Below are positions 11,884-23,644 of a stretch of DNA of 64,000 nt, in pieces (position 1 is the first letter of the stretch; the number at the start of each line of letters is the position of its first letter). Made by a program: the position numbers and the translations under genes. This DNA comes from a cyanobacterium endosymbiont of Rhopalodia gibba. GTDB lineage: Bacteria > Cyanobacteriota > Cyanobacteriia > Cyanobacteriales > Microcystaceae. The stretch covers positions 1,760,001-1,824,000 of the forward strand of contig CP067995.1 of the NCBI GenBank assembly GCA_045159875.1. The letters are read 5' to 3'. Under the pieces are notes generated by a model. It did not search any database. It was given only the letters and a program-made list of their open reading frames with translations, and had not been told where the DNA came from.

Positions 11884-13716
11884 TTAGAAATTAGTATAAT
11901 TAGTGATAGCTTTAGTTAACTTTTCTATCACTTCATCAACCCCCATTTTCCCTAATTCACCTGATGTGCGAGTTCGAATGCTTAAATCGTTAGACTCCAC
12001 TTCTTTTGAACCGACAACTGCCATTACAGGTATCTTTTGTTTTTCTCCATTACGAATCATTTTACCTAGTCTTTCTCCAGAGGTATCTGCTTCTGCGCGA
12101 ATGCCTGATTTTTGCATCTTGTTCGCTATTTTTTTAGCAAAATCTAACTGAACATCACTGACAGGTAAAATACGCACTTGAATAGGAGATAACCACAAAG
12201 GAAAATCCCCAGCATACTCTTCGATTAGAATACCAATTAATCTCTCTAGAGAGCCAAAAGGTGCGCGGTGAATCATCACCGGACGTTGACGAGTTCCATC
12301 CTCTGCTATATATTCTAAGCCAAATCGTTGGGGTAAATTATAATCAACTTGAACTGTTCCCAATTGCCATTCTCTTTCCAAAACATCTTGAAAAATAAAG
12401 TCTAATTTAGGACCATAAAAAGCCGCTTCTCCGGGAGCTTCAAAATAGTCCATTTCCAGCGTTTGTACAGCGCGACGAATAGCATTTTGAGATTTTTCCC
12501 AAGCTTCGTTAGATCCAATATATTTACCCGACTCATCATCTCTAAAACTTAATCTAGCCTTGAAATTATTCAGTTGCAAACTTTTAAAGACAGTAAGAAT
12601 TAAATCAACCACATTCAGAAATTCTGCGTCTAATTGATCAGGAGTAACGAATAAATGAGAGTCATCAACAGTAAACCCACGAACACGGGTTAATCCTCCT
12701 AATTCTCCTGACTGTTCATATCGGTAAACTGTGCCAAATTCTGCCAACCGAACTGGTAAATCGCGGTAGGAGCGCAACTCACTTTTATAAATTTGGATAT
12801 GAAAAGGACAGTTCATTGGTTTAAGAACAAATCCCATTTCTTGCGCTGCTTCCTCAGCATTTTCCGCCATCATAGGGAACATGTCTTTTTTATAATTTTG
12901 CCAATGACCCGAAATTTTGAAGAGATCGATTCGACCAACATGAGGGGTTACTACCCCAAGATAACCCCGTTTGATTTGTTCCTTCTTTAGAAAATCTTCT
13001 AGAGCAAACCGAATAATAGTTCCTTTGGGAGTCCACAGAGGTAAACCTGGTCCCACGAGGTCAGAAAAGATAAATAACCCTAGTTCTTTACCTAATTTAC
13101 GGTGATCTCGTCTTAATGCTTCTTCCTTTCGTCGTTTATATTCGGCTAGTTGTTCAGGGGTTTCCCACGCAGTTCCATAAATACGTTGCAGTTGCGCTTT
13201 TGTTTCATCCCCTCTCCAATAAGCTCCAGCCACGCTTTCTAGATCAAATGCTCGGGGGTGAATATCTCCCGTAGTTTCCATGTGGGGACCCGCGCAAAGA
13301 TCCCACCATTGATCTCCTAAATGATAAAGGGTAATAGGGGGTTTAAGTCCTTCAAGTATTTCGAGTTTATAGGGCTCTTTAAGCTCGGTAATACGTTTTT
13401 TTGCTTCCTCTGAGGTCACTTCTTCGCGGATAACGGGAAGTTTACGTTTTATAATTTTAACCATTTCTTTTTTGATGTCCTTGAGATTCTGTTCAGTAAA
13501 GGGTTCAGGAATATCAAAGTCATAGTAAAACCCTGTTTCGGTCCAAGGTCCAATGGTTACCTGCGCTTTAGGAAAAAGTTTCTGAACTGCCATAGCCATA
13601 ATATGGGAGGTTGTATGGCGAATGCGCTTTACTTTATCAGACTCACTGGTACGGGGAAGTTTGATGGGAGTTACTTCTTGGGATACTTCAAGGTTAGCAG
13701 TTGACTGGTTAACCAT
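11884..13716 (-). CDS. thrS: Threonine--tRNA ligase
   Basis: DLCAGPH, RDHRKLG, KPMNCPFH, GEAAFYGPKLD, HRAPFGSLER. Confidence 0.99.
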   Translation of the reverse strand: MVNQSTANLEVSQEVTPIKLPRTSESDKVKRIRHTTSHIMAMAVQKLFPKAQVTIGPWTETGFYYDFDIPEPFTEQNLKDIKKEMVKIIKRKLPVIREEVTSEEAKKRITELKEPYKLEILEGLKPPITLYHLGDQWWDLCAGPHMETTGDIHPRAFDLESVAGAYWRGDETKAQLQRIYGTAWETPEQLAEYKRRKEEALRRDHRKLGKELGLFIFSDLVGPGLPLWTPKGTIIRFALEDFLKKEQIKRGYLGVVTPHVGRIDLFKISGHWQNYKKDMFPMMAENAEEAAQEMGFVLKPMNCPFHIQIYKSELRSYRDLPVRLAEFGTVYRYEQSGELGGLTRVRGFTVDDSHLFVTPDQLDAEFLNVVDLILTVFKSLQLNNFKARLSFRDDESGKYIGSNEAWEKSQNAIRRAVQTLEMDYFEAPGEAAFYGPKLDFIFQDVLEREWQLGTVQVDYNLPQRFGLEYIAEDGTRQRPVMIHRAPFGSLERLIGILIEEYAGDFPLWLSPIQVRILPVSDVQLDFAKKIANKMQKSGIRAEADTSGERLGKMIRNGEKQKIPVMAVVGSKEVESNDLSIRTRTSGELGKMGVDEVIEKLTKAITNYTNF

Positions 13717-14332
13717 TTACTTCATGCTCTTTCTATAATTCTTTATCTAGTTTATTGTGTGTTAGGGAATAGAGAACATAGGAACAGCTTTAAGCTCAAT
13801 ATTTTATATTGTGATAATGTAGATTTAACCGGTTAAATGTCAAATAGATAAACTTCTGAGTTAAAGATCGACGAAAGTTCTCAATCCATAAGTCCTATTT
13901 ATTAATCAATCTCAATTTATTATTAATATTTTCTGCCGTTACTTGAGTTGTTCTTTTGTAAAAGTAGATAATAATTTCATAGTTCTACATCTAAATTATT
14001 ACATAGTTCTAAGTTTATTACACAGTTTTTAGGCACAATGAGTAAGCTTTTCGATCCCAGTAAGTAAGTTTCAATAGTATTGGTTTAAGTTTTTTTTAAA
14101 ATTCGATAAAATTTTGTAATAGCTGAACTATAAAAAACACAAATTATTATTAAATCTATATCTTTCGATAAATCGAATTATTCCTATTTTATTTTCAGTC
14201 TAATTGAGGAGTAATAAATAACAAGTTCTTATATATTTATAATCTTATCTTTTGAATTAAGTTGAGTATTTGATACTATCGGTATAAATTATATAAAATA
14301 TTTAGTTTAGCAAAATGTAATTCAAATAAAAA

Positions 14333-14378
14333 ACTTATTGGAAGGTATTTTCGTGCACGAAAATACCTTCCAATAAGT
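14333..14378. repeat. 46-bp perfect loopless palindrome
   Basis: acttattggaaggtattttcgtg|cacgaaaataccttccaataagt. Confidence 0.97.
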
Positions 14379-14913
14379 CTATGATTGATAATCAAATCTT
14401 TGTCTTTACATTGCTCATTTTTGTATAATAGGTCCACTATGATTATTGTGATTTAACAGAACTTAAATCAATCACGTGAAATTTAATTAGCTGGAATATG
14501 GATTTAAAAAGATAGGATAAGACGAACTGAAAACCTTGTGAATCTTCATATCTGTATTAGGAGAAGATTCTATTAATTTTTTATCCGTATATATTCCAGT
14601 TCCCTGTACTCTTTTGATGTAAATATCTTACATAATTGTTTAGAGATAAGGCAACTTTCTTCTTAGATAAGTTGATAGGATAAAATAAAAAATACATATT
14701 AATCTGACTTTATTATCTGCTTTGAATCAAAAGTAAAATATAAGTTAGCTCCGCTTCCTACTGTCTTTAAAAAACACTTATAGTCTTGATTGTTGGCAAT
14801 TTTTAGAGTAAATCATTAGCCTCATTGTATCTTAAACCTAGATGTGGGCAATAAAAAATGTGTTTTTAAATCTAGCTAAAATTACGTTTACATGTATAAG
14901 AATGGTATCAAAA

Positions 14914-15693
14914 TCATAAAATTTGAGATAAAAACTGTCTGGATCTTTCTGCTTGAGGGTTATTAAAAAATTCTTCAGGAGTTGCAACTTCAACAATTTT
15001 TCCTCCATCCATAAAGACTATACGATCAGCTACTTCCCTTGCAAACCCCACTTCATGGGTGACACATACCATGGTCATCCCGGAATCAGCTAAATTACGC
15101 ATAGTGTCCAACACTTCTTTTATCATTTCTGGATCTAAGGCAGAGGTAGGTTCATCGAATAACATAATCTTAGGTTGCATGGCTAATGCGCGGGCAATCG
15201 CCACTCGCTGCTGTTGTCCTCCTGATAATTGACCTGGATATTTATGAGCCTGTTCAAGAATACCCACCTTTTCAAGTAATTGCATGGCTGTTACTTCCGC
15301 TTTTTCTTTCTTTTGGTGACGAACCCAGATCGGAGCTAGAGTAACATTATTAAGAACGGTTAGATGGGGAAATAGATTAAATTGCTGAAACACCATCCCC
15401 ACTTCCCTGCGAATAGTTTCAATATTTTTAAGGTCATGAGAAAGTTCTACACCATCAACGATAACATTTCCCTTTTGATAAGATTCAAGGGCATTAAAAG
15501 TGCGAATAAAAGTAGATTTCCCTGACCCTGACGGTCCCATAATGACTACCACCTCTTGGGGGTTGACTCGAAGACTGACCCCTCGTAACACATGAAAGTT
15601 ATTGTCGTACCATTTCTCTACATCTTGAGCAATGATGACAGGGTTCTTTTCAGAACGAAAATATAAATTGTTATTTTTGACAGATTGAGTCAT
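14914..15693 (-). CDS. Polar amino-acid ABC transporter ATP-binding subunit (GlnQ/BgtA-like)
   Basis: Walker [43 protein letters not shown] at 15693 preferred to the TTG at 15747. Confidence 0.95.
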   Translation of the reverse strand: MTQSVKNNNLYFRSEKNPVIIAQDVEKWYDNNFHVLRGVSLRVNPQEVVVIMGPSGSGKSTFIRTFNALESYQKGNVIVDGVELSHDLKNIETIRREVGMVFQQFNLFPHLTVLNNVTLAPIWVRHQKKEKAEVTAMQLLEKVGILEQAHKYPGQLSGGQQQRVAIARALAMQPKIMLFDEPTSALDPEMIKEVLDTMRNLADSGMTMVCVTHEVGFAREVADRIVFMDGGKIVEVATPEEFFNNPQAERSRQFLSQIL

Positions 15694-16410
15694 CGATTTT
15701 AAGCAGTGACTATTTGGCCTTCTACCACTGTATTGCAAAATTCTCAAACTTTCACTGTAAACTACAGCTTAAAGTTGTTTGAGGACAAAGAACAATACAA
15801 AGTGCTGAAGCCAAAAGCAGAATATAAATTTTAAATTACAACAAAAGCCGACACTCTACCTCTCATTATTTCATCTCCTAACAGTGTAACGAGCAAAATA
15901 CTCAATAGATAGAAATTTTAACTCATCATATGGAATCAAATTTCTTGTTTATCTATATTTTGTAAAAAATTTTGCTCAACTCCCTTCCTCAAAATCATAT
16001 AGCGGCAAAACCATAATCTCAATTCAGGCTCTGATTCAACAAAACTCTAAAATCTGTAACCATTTACTTTTGAACTTAAAAGTGTCAATTTCTTTATTTC
16101 TTTAAAAAAAGATAACATCATTTGTATTAAGTTATGTTATGTCTGCAATAGGTTCTCGGAAAATGAGATAGTGATAATGACACAAACGTATCCAACGTGA
16201 AAGATATTACAGCAAAAGACTGATCCGGAATTTTTTGTTTTTCTGTGTCATCAAATGGAAATAAGCTGTCGACAGCTAGTTAACTTCTCACAATGTTGAA
16301 TTAAATAAAAATTAAGATATTAATCTTATCCTATTTTATATTATGCAATAACTCAAATTTTGTTTTTTTTAGAAAAAGTAAAAATAACAATATAAATGAT
16401 AAGATTAAGT

Positions 16411-16453
16411 TAAAGAACGTAGAGATTTTTTAAAAAAATCTCTACGTTCTTTA
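16411..16453. repeat. Palindrome, 21-bp perfect arms, 1-nt centre
   Basis: taaagaacgtagagatttttt-a-aaaaaatctctacgttcttta. Confidence 0.95.
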
Positions 16454-16633
16454 CTATTTTCTATTCACCCTCATTAAGATTTCTTATTGAAAAATAAAGA
16501 CAAAATTTACACATCACATTTATAGAAATATATTAAATAATAATAACTTTCTTTTCTTTATATCTTCTTCTTTATAAGTAGCCGCCAACATTAGATAATG
16601 GAGAGGATAACCGATATCTAACTCATACTTCTC

Positions 16634-16996
16634 ATGAACACTCCTTTCCTTTCCCCCGAAGACTTACCTCTACAAAGTACGACGGACTTCGGACTGCGAC
16701 GGAAACTTGATGAAATCATCGGTCAATATTTCTACGAATCTTGTGATCGCTCACTTCAGACCTTATTATCTCAATGTGGCTGGTATCTTACCAGTTCCTC
16801 TAAGGTCTTAACTTTAGTGATCACCTGTCCCGATCATTCAACTAATTTACATATTCTTAAACATGTTGCCGCCCTGGGATATTATTTACAAAATTTTACT
16901 GAGAACGGAAGAATCCAGATCTATCCCCCTGCTGGTAAAGGAACTTCCTTGAAAATTCCCGTCAAAAAAGGACGAATCTATCAAGACTCTCTTTGA
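16634..16996 (+). CDS. Hypothetical protein (120 aa)
   Basis: Intact ATG ORF, coding-like GC; LLSQCGWYL...LVITCPD pattern resembles cyanobacterial hypotheticals. Confidence 0.75.
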   Translation: MNTPFLSPEDLPLQSTTDFGLRRKLDEIIGQYFYESCDRSLQTLLSQCGWYLTSSSKVLTLVITCPDHSTNLHILKHVAALGYYLQNFTENGRIQIYPPAGKGTSLKIPVKKGRIYQDSL

Positions 16997-17054
16997 AAAG
17001 AACCTCAGTAAGATGGGTATTGTCCATCTTACTGAGGTTCTTTTCAAAGAGAGT
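16986..17054. repeat. Inverted repeat, 31-bp perfect arms, 7-nt loop, overlapping the preceding stop codon
   Basis: actctctttgaaaagaacctcagtaagatgg-gtattgt-ccatcttactgaggttcttttcaaagagagt. Confidence 0.97.
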
Positions 17055-17195
17055 TTACCAAAGATAATTCGGACAATTGGTGAAGAAAATCTCATTAAAA
17101 CTATTAACACCACGACTTAAACGGGTAATTTTAGATAATACGGTTAAACCAGACTATAAAGTTAAAGTTATATCTCAGCTAGGCTCAATAGAAAA

Positions 17196-17620
17196 TTATA
17201 TTTTATTCTCTTCCGCCAATAATTTTTGCTTCTGGTAACATCCATCTTGATTAAGATACCAAAACCTCTCCTTCAAATATTTAGAAAACATTAATGTAGT
17301 GCTCGTCTGTAATTCCTGCAATAGTTGTACACTTCCTACATCAGCAAAAATTATTGTCAGGATATCGCTAGCACTTGCCCCTTGGTTGATAGTTTTTGCA
17401 GTAGAGATAACGTTTGAAGTTGCACTAAAAAACAACCATTTGTCATTATCAATAGTCATTACTACTTCCTCGACACCAATTAGGAACTTTGACCTATTGG
17501 TCAAACCTAGTCAATAGTTCTCATTCCAGCTGGAATTAATAAATTTTTATGATGAGCGCGCATGTCTACCATATTTAATTATGGGTATAAATTTTGATCT
17601 TTATTTGTCGGAATATTTTT
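17196..17620 (-). pseudogene. Frameshifted remnant of an unidentified gene
   Basis: Open C-terminal part (17196-17504) without ATG; upstream fragment VDMRAHHKNLLIPAGMRTI in another frame. Confidence 0.5.
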
Positions 17621-18004
17621 TAAAGAGCTATAGCGAGTTAGAACAATAGTCTCTTAATAAATAACCACAGAATTTAAATTAATAAAATAGCCTGAGTTAG
17701 ATAGATAGAAGTGAACAAAAACTAAAAAAACACGTGATAAAGAAATCTCCTACATAATTACAATTAAAACCACTATCAAACTAGAGATTGTAGACTCAGA
17801 AAACTTTTAGTTTGACATGACGCCGCACGAATTGTACCAAACTTAATTAGCTTAATATTAAGCTTGATATACTTCTCAATTAACTCTACTGACAAAATAT
17901 AATATTCGAAAACGATATATCTTATCTACAATTTATTCTTTTCGCTTGATATTTAAAAGTAAGAAATAAAGATAATCGTTAGAAAACAGTAAGAAAAATT
18001 GATG

Positions 18005-18312
18005 TTAGTTAAGTGAAGACAAAGATAATTGTCCCAGTGGAATACTTTCCCTTTTTCCTTGATGATAACTCAAGTGACATGACGAACAAAGTGGGCGGAG
18101 ATTATTAGGCTTCAGAATCGGTGGGATTGTAATCACAATGATGGAGCCGTAACGATCTAGCTTTTCTTGCTTTAATACTTACTCAGCTTTAGAAGATTTT
18201 CTTCTGGTTTAAGACACTGTATTACATACTTGGTACATTTACACTCTGCACCTTCTTTAATTGTTTGTTCAATGATTTTCTAATTTTTGGGATATCAAGA
18301 TATTATATCCAT
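18005..18312 (-). pseudogene. HNH endonuclease pseudogene
   Basis: IKEGAECKCTKYVIQCLKPE ... LHHCDYNPTDS ... NNLRPLCSSCHLSYHQGKR ... GQLSL with frameshifts. Confidence 0.8.
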
Positions 18313-18464
18313 TAAACTAGACTAAAACAAAGAATATTATTAATTAATTTTTCCATCCTTTCTATACCTCTGATACTCCTACAATATGGCACAATGGAAA
18401 ACGCTGACTACATGATCATGATAGTCATCCAAAACTGAATTAACCAAAATTTTAAATAATTCTG

Positions 18465-19526
18465 ATGACTGCAACTCTTGAGGCATCTACAAAGACTCGT
18501 CGCGTTGTTTTTCCCTTCACTGCTATTGTCGGCCAAGAAGAGATGAAATTAGCTTTGCTACTCAACATCATTGACCCTAAAATCGGTGGTGTAATGATTA
18601 TGGGTGATCGCGGAACTGGAAAATCTACCACTATTCGCGCGTTAGCTGACTTGCTTCCTGAAATTGACGTAATAGCGGATGATCCCTTCAACTCTGACCC
18701 AAATGATCCTGACTTGATGAGTGATCGCGTTCGTCAACAACTCAAAGAAAATATTCCTCTCCAAGTTGCTAGTAAAAAAGTTGCGATGGTGGATCTTCCT
18801 TTAGGAGCCACTGAAGATAGAATCTGTGGTTCAATCGATATTGAAAAGGCTCTCTCAGAAGGAGTAAAAGCTTTTGAACCTGGACTTTTGGCTAAAGCAA
18901 ACCGTGGTATCATCTACGTGGATGAGGTTAACCTACTTGATGACCATCTTGTAGATGTTCTCCTTGATTCAGCAGCCAGTGGTTGGAATACAGTAGAACG
19001 GGAAGGGATTTCTATTCGTCATCCCGCGCGGTTTGTCCTAGTTGGCTCAGGAAACCCAGAAGAAGGGGAATTACGACCTCAATTACTTGATCGTTTCGGA
19101 ATGCACGCAGAAATTCATACTATAAAGGAACCGATCTTGAGGGTAAAAATTGTAGAACAACGCTCGGAATTTGACAAAGATCCCCAGAAATTCTATGATA
19201 AATATCAATCCCAACAAAAAGAACTGAAAAACCACTTAGTTGAAGCTCAAAAATTGCTCAAACAGGTTGATATTGACTATGAGTTGCGGGTTAAAATTTC
19301 TGAAGTTTGCTCTGAACTAGATGTGGATGGACTTAGAGGAGACATTGTTACCAACCGCGCTTCTAAAGCGTTGGCCGCCTTTGAAGGACGGACAAGTGTC
19401 ACCGTCAATGATGTAGGTCGTACTATTGTCTTATGTTTACGTCATCGACTCCGCAAAGATCCTCTCGAAACTATTGATTCTGGTCATAAAGTCAATAAAG
19501 CTTTTAACCGAGTCTTGGGTTTATAA
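18465..19526 (+). CDS. chlI: Magnesium chelatase ATPase subunit I
   Basis: [49 protein letters not shown]. Confidence 0.98.
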   Translation: MTATLEASTKTRRVVFPFTAIVGQEEMKLALLLNIIDPKIGGVMIMGDRGTGKSTTIRALADLLPEIDVIADDPFNSDPNDPDLMSDRVRQQLKENIPLQVASKKVAMVDLPLGATEDRICGSIDIEKALSEGVKAFEPGLLAKANRGIIYVDEVNLLDDHLVDVLLDSAASGWNTVEREGISIRHPARFVLVGSGNPEEGELRPQLLDRFGMHAEIHTIKEPILRVKIVEQRSEFDKDPQKFYDKYQSQQKELKNHLVEAQKLLKQVDIDYELRVKISEVCSELDVDGLRGDIVTNRASKALAAFEGRTSVTVNDVGRTIVLCLRHRLRKDPLETIDSGHKVNKAFNRVLGL

Positions 19527-19773
19527 ATGGAAGAATATTAAGAGAAGAGAAAGTGTAAATTGAGTGAACTGTAAAAGGTTGAATCTTTTTTAGACATGTT
19601 CTTTAATGCAATAGAATTAAGGAAATTAGAAGTTTGCAGGTGTTTTATGTCATAAATTATCTGTACTGTTTCTTATAGTCTTTCTATGATTCTAGTTGAG
19701 CTAAACCAGAAAAAATTCGTTAAGATCAAAGTGAATTAGGAAATCGCCTGACCATTGACCTGCTAAAAGTCCT

Positions 19774-20337
19774 ATGACTTCTGTAATCGCTGTAGAAAAA
19801 GAAAAGTTAGAAAATCCTCCGTTAAATATTCACTATTTGGGTGACCGCGTTTTACGTCAACCGGCTAAACGTATTGCGAGAGTTGATGACTCCGTTCGCA
19901 AACTAGTTAGAGAAATGCTACAAACTATGTATAGTTCTCATGGAATCGGTTTAGCTGCACCTCAAGTAGGGATCCATAAACAATTGATTGTTATAGATTG
20001 TACTCCTGATGATTCTGCTAATAAACCTGTGGTCTTAATTAATCCTAAAATTACCAGTATTTCTAATGAATTATCCCTGTTTGAAGAAGGTTGTTTAAGT
20101 ATTCCAGGGGTTTATTTGGATGTGACTCGTCCTGAAGTGATTGAAGTATCTTTTAAAGATGAACAAGGAAAACCTCGCAAGCGACAAGCCACTGATTTAT
20201 TAGCACGGGTTATTCAACATGAAATAGATCACCTTAATGGGGTGATGTTTGTTGATCGAGTTGACAACGGTTTAGCGTTAACTGAAGCTTTACAAAAGAA
20301 TGGATTTTCTCCACAAGCTATCAGACGGATAAAATAA
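19774..20337 (+). CDS. def: Peptide deformylase
   Basis: GIGLAAPQVG, EGCLSIPG, QHEIDHLNG. Confidence 0.98.
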   Translation: MTSVIAVEKEKLENPPLNIHYLGDRVLRQPAKRIARVDDSVRKLVREMLQTMYSSHGIGLAAPQVGIHKQLIVIDCTPDDSANKPVVLINPKITSISNELSLFEEGCLSIPGVYLDVTRPEVIEVSFKDEQGKPRKRQATDLLARVIQHEIDHLNGVMFVDRVDNGLALTEALQKNGFSPQAIRRIK

Positions 20338-20389
20338 CCAATAATTAATTAATACTGTCACTAAAGAGGGATAATTTTTTTGCCTTTAA

Positions 20390-20570
20390 AAGTAGCTTAT
20401 TATTATCGGGGTTGTCTATTATTCTAATTGTAGACGTAGGTCCTATCTTTGAACTTTCGTTACAAATCTTTAGTTGGTCTAAATGATCATAAATATTATT
20501 TTTAGGCACTAATATTTTCTTAACGGCGCTTTTTTTTGTGCGCCGTGCGAGACATAAAAATCAACATAAA
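20390..20570 (+). pseudogene. Remnant of a small membrane-protein gene following def
   Basis: Fragments VGPIFELS and ...CAVRDIKIN resemble a short conserved cyanobacterial membrane protein (from memory). Confidence 0.45.
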
Positions 20571-20684
20571 ACAATCGATGCCTTTCCGTTAGAACTAGGC
20601 TTAACGATGAGAGCATCTATTTAGAATAACTTCTGTTTTTCCTTTTAGATGAGTACTTTTTGTCTTGTACCTAGTGATTAGAAA

Positions 20685-21069
20685 TTAATTTTTCAATCCT
20701 TCTCATAAGATAGATGGCAAAAAAATTACAGCCCCCCAAACTAAACTAGCTAATATATAGCTTAATCCTAATAAATATTCTTTGTTTTTTAACAAGAGAT
20801 AGTTTTCATAAGAAAAAGAAGAAAAGGTAGTAAATCCACCACAAAATTCCATTGCTAACAACAATGTCCAATTTGAGTGGAATTAAAATCTTTCAATTAG
20901 TCCGATAGAAAGTCCAATAATGAAACACCCTACAATGTTAACTGTGAATGTTTCCACGGGAAATTTATGTTTGAGGGTCAATTTACTACTAACAACTTGG
21001 CTTACAAAATATCGAGAGCAACTACCTAAGCCCCCCTAAGAATACCATCAAAAACTGCAGGAATCTCAT
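20685..21069 (-). pseudogene. crcB: Fluoride efflux channel CrcB/FluC pseudogene
   Basis: [50 protein letters not shown]; frameshifts and an internal TAA. Confidence 0.9.
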
Positions 21070-21116
21070 TTTTTTGTCGTCAATCTCTAAAACCGTCTTT
21101 TATTTAAGTACTTGTA

Positions 21117-23357
21117 TCAAGATTCCACACTATTGACACGGTGAACATTGACGATGTCACTCAAATTCCGAATTTGAGTGATAACACATTCTAATTGTTG
21201 ACGATCACGAATATCAATTCGCAAGTTAATCATTGCAGGCCGACTACGACTGGTTTTTACCCCAGCATTACGAACATTAATATTATTGTCACTGAGACGG
21301 GATAAAATATCCTTAAGGATTCCTACACGATCAAGAGCTTCAATGAAAATATCCACGGGATAGGTTCGAGTATGTCCATTGTCTTCTGTGGGATTCCAAC
21401 GAACTGGAATCAGACGGTCACCAAGTATATCATCTATGTTAGAACACCCTTGACAATGGATTGAAATACCTCTAGCTCCCTTTGTCACTATACCGATAAT
21501 GGGTTCTCCGGGCAAGGGGTGACAGCAGCCAGCAATATTGTAAACTAACCCTTCAACGCCCATAATCGGAGATTTGTTTTGTTTAACTGGACAAAAAGCA
21601 AGAGGAAAAGGGTTAAAAGCTCGAGTTTTATCATTAGAAATTTCTTCTTCTTGAGTCTTAACGGTAATTTCTCTAAGTCGGTTAGCAACTTGGTTTAGGG
21701 TAATTTCCCCATATCCCAAGGCTGCTAGTAAGTCCTCAACAGACTGATAATTACAGCGTTCAGCGACACTTTGCATGGGATCAGATTTAAGCAAGGCATC
21801 TAAGCCACTTTTACCTAATTCCTTTTCTAACATCTCGCGTCCTCGGGCAAAATTTTCATCTCGGTGTGATCGCTTATACCATTGACGAATACGATTTCGC
21901 GCACTGGGAGTCACTACAAAATTAAGCCAGTCTAAACTGGGATGGGCATTTTTCTGGGTAATAATCTCTACAATATCTCCATTATTCAGAGGAATATCTA
22001 AAACTGACCACTTTTCATTAACTCTTGCTCCTTTCATGTGGTTTCCCACTTCTGTATGGATACTATAGGCAAAATCAACGGGCGTAGCCCCTCTCGCTAG
22101 GGCAACCACATCTCCTTGAGGGGTAAAGACATAAACATCATCATCAAAAAGATTATCTTTGAGAGTATCCACATATTCTTGAGCATCTTGGAGATCTTTT
22201 TGCCATTCGAGAAGTTGACGCAACCAGGTAAATTTTTCATCCCCTTGAGAAAGAGTAGTATAGTGCGATCCTCCTGTTTCTTTATATTTCCAGTGAGCAG
22301 CAATCCCATATTCAGCTATGTGGTGCATTTCCAGGGTGCGAATTTGGACTTCTAGGGGACGACCTGTTAACCCCACTACCGTTGTATGAAGAGATTGATA
22401 ACGGTTAGGTTTTGGCAATCCAATATAATCCTTGAAACGCCCAGGAATTGGTTTAAACGCATCATGAACTACCGCTAAGGCACGATAACATTCCTCATTA
22501 TTTTGGACAATAATTCTCAGGGCAGCAATGTCGTAAATTTGATGAAATCCTTTTTGCTGTCGTTGCATTTTATGATAAATTCCGTAGAGATGCTTGGGGC
22601 GAGCTTGTAAGTCCAACACTCGAATCCCAACACTTTCTAAGCGTTGACGTAGGGTCTCTTTTAGTTTTTCTAAACGGGTTTCGCGATCACTACGTTTTTC
22701 AGCTACTAGGGACTGAATTTCTCGATAGGCTTCTGGTTCTAAATATTTAAAGGATAGATCTTCTAAGTCCCACTTCAACCGCCAAATTCCTAAACGATTT
22801 GCTAAAGGAGCAAAAATTTCTCTAGTTTCCAGGGCTATACGTTTTTGCTTTTCTGGTTTAAGATGTTCTAGAGTTCGCATATTGTGTAAGCGATCAGCTA
22901 ATTTAACCACAATCACCCGAATATCTTTAGCCATTGCTAAGAACATCCGACGAAAATTTTCAGCCTGGTGTTCTGTTTTACTTGAAAAATTGAATTTAGA
23001 TAGCTTAGTCACTCCTTCCACTAAGTTTCGTATTTCTTTCCCGAACTGTTCCTCAATTTGTTCTAGGGTGACATCCGTATCTTCTACTACGTCATGGAGA
23101 AATCCAGCTGCAATCATGGCTTGATCTCCACCTAAATCCCGCAATAACCCTGCTACAGCGATGGGATGGGCAATATATGGTTCTCCCGATTTACGATATT
23201 GGCCCTCATGTAGTTGATAGGCAAAATTGAACGCACGACAGATTAGACCAACATCTTCACTATCTTGATCAGATTGACAGGCGAGAAAAGACCGATTCAG
23301 CCAGTCAGGAAGAGACAGTTTAACATGTTCGGGTTCAGGATAGGTAACTAAGTTCAT
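21117..23357 (-). CDS. spoT: Bifunctional (p)ppGpp synthetase/hydrolase
   Basis: HD domain (FLHDVVED), KDYIGLPKPNRYQSLHT, EVQIRT, TGS and ACT domains; ATG at 23357 chosen. Confidence 0.97.
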   Translation of the reverse strand: MNLVTYPEPEHVKLSLPDWLNRSFLACQSDQDSEDVGLICRAFNFAYQLHEGQYRKSGEPYIAHPIAVAGLLRDLGGDQAMIAAGFLHDVVEDTDVTLEQIEEQFGKEIRNLVEGVTKLSKFNFSSKTEHQAENFRRMFLAMAKDIRVIVVKLADRLHNMRTLEHLKPEKQKRIALETREIFAPLANRLGIWRLKWDLEDLSFKYLEPEAYREIQSLVAEKRSDRETRLEKLKETLRQRLESVGIRVLDLQARPKHLYGIYHKMQRQQKGFHQIYDIAALRIIVQNNEECYRALAVVHDAFKPIPGRFKDYIGLPKPNRYQSLHTTVVGLTGRPLEVQIRTLEMHHIAEYGIAAHWKYKETGGSHYTTLSQGDEKFTWLRQLLEWQKDLQDAQEYVDTLKDNLFDDDVYVFTPQGDVVALARGATPVDFAYSIHTEVGNHMKGARVNEKWSVLDIPLNNGDIVEIITQKNAHPSLDWLNFVVTPSARNRIRQWYKRSHRDENFARGREMLEKELGKSGLDALLKSDPMQSVAERCNYQSVEDLLAALGYGEITLNQVANRLREITVKTQEEEISNDKTRAFNPFPLAFCPVKQNKSPIMGVEGLVYNIAGCCHPLPGEPIIGIVTKGARGISIHCQGCSNIDDILGDRLIPVRWNPTEDNGHTRTYPVDIFIEALDRVGILKDILSRLSDNNINVRNAGVKTSRSRPAMINLRIDIRDRQQLECVITQIRNLSDIVNVHRVNSVES

Positions 23358-23644
23358 AGAATGGTTAACAGGGCGATAAGAGACAGAACAAGACAACTAT
23401 AGTAGCTGAAAGCAAAATTACTCTACGAGTTAACGATTGACTGCTATTTAACAAAAAAAGTAATCAAAAAGGCGCCCAGAATATCAAATATATATTTTTT
23501 CTTTATATCTTCTGCAGAAAGACTAACTCAAAGAAATTAATGTTTGCTTGAACAGTTTTAGTCGAAGAAAAGGTTTAGTACCAATGAAATAAACCTCTAT
23601 TGTTTAATATTATTTAATATATCTTAAGCTAGATCTTGTTGTCT

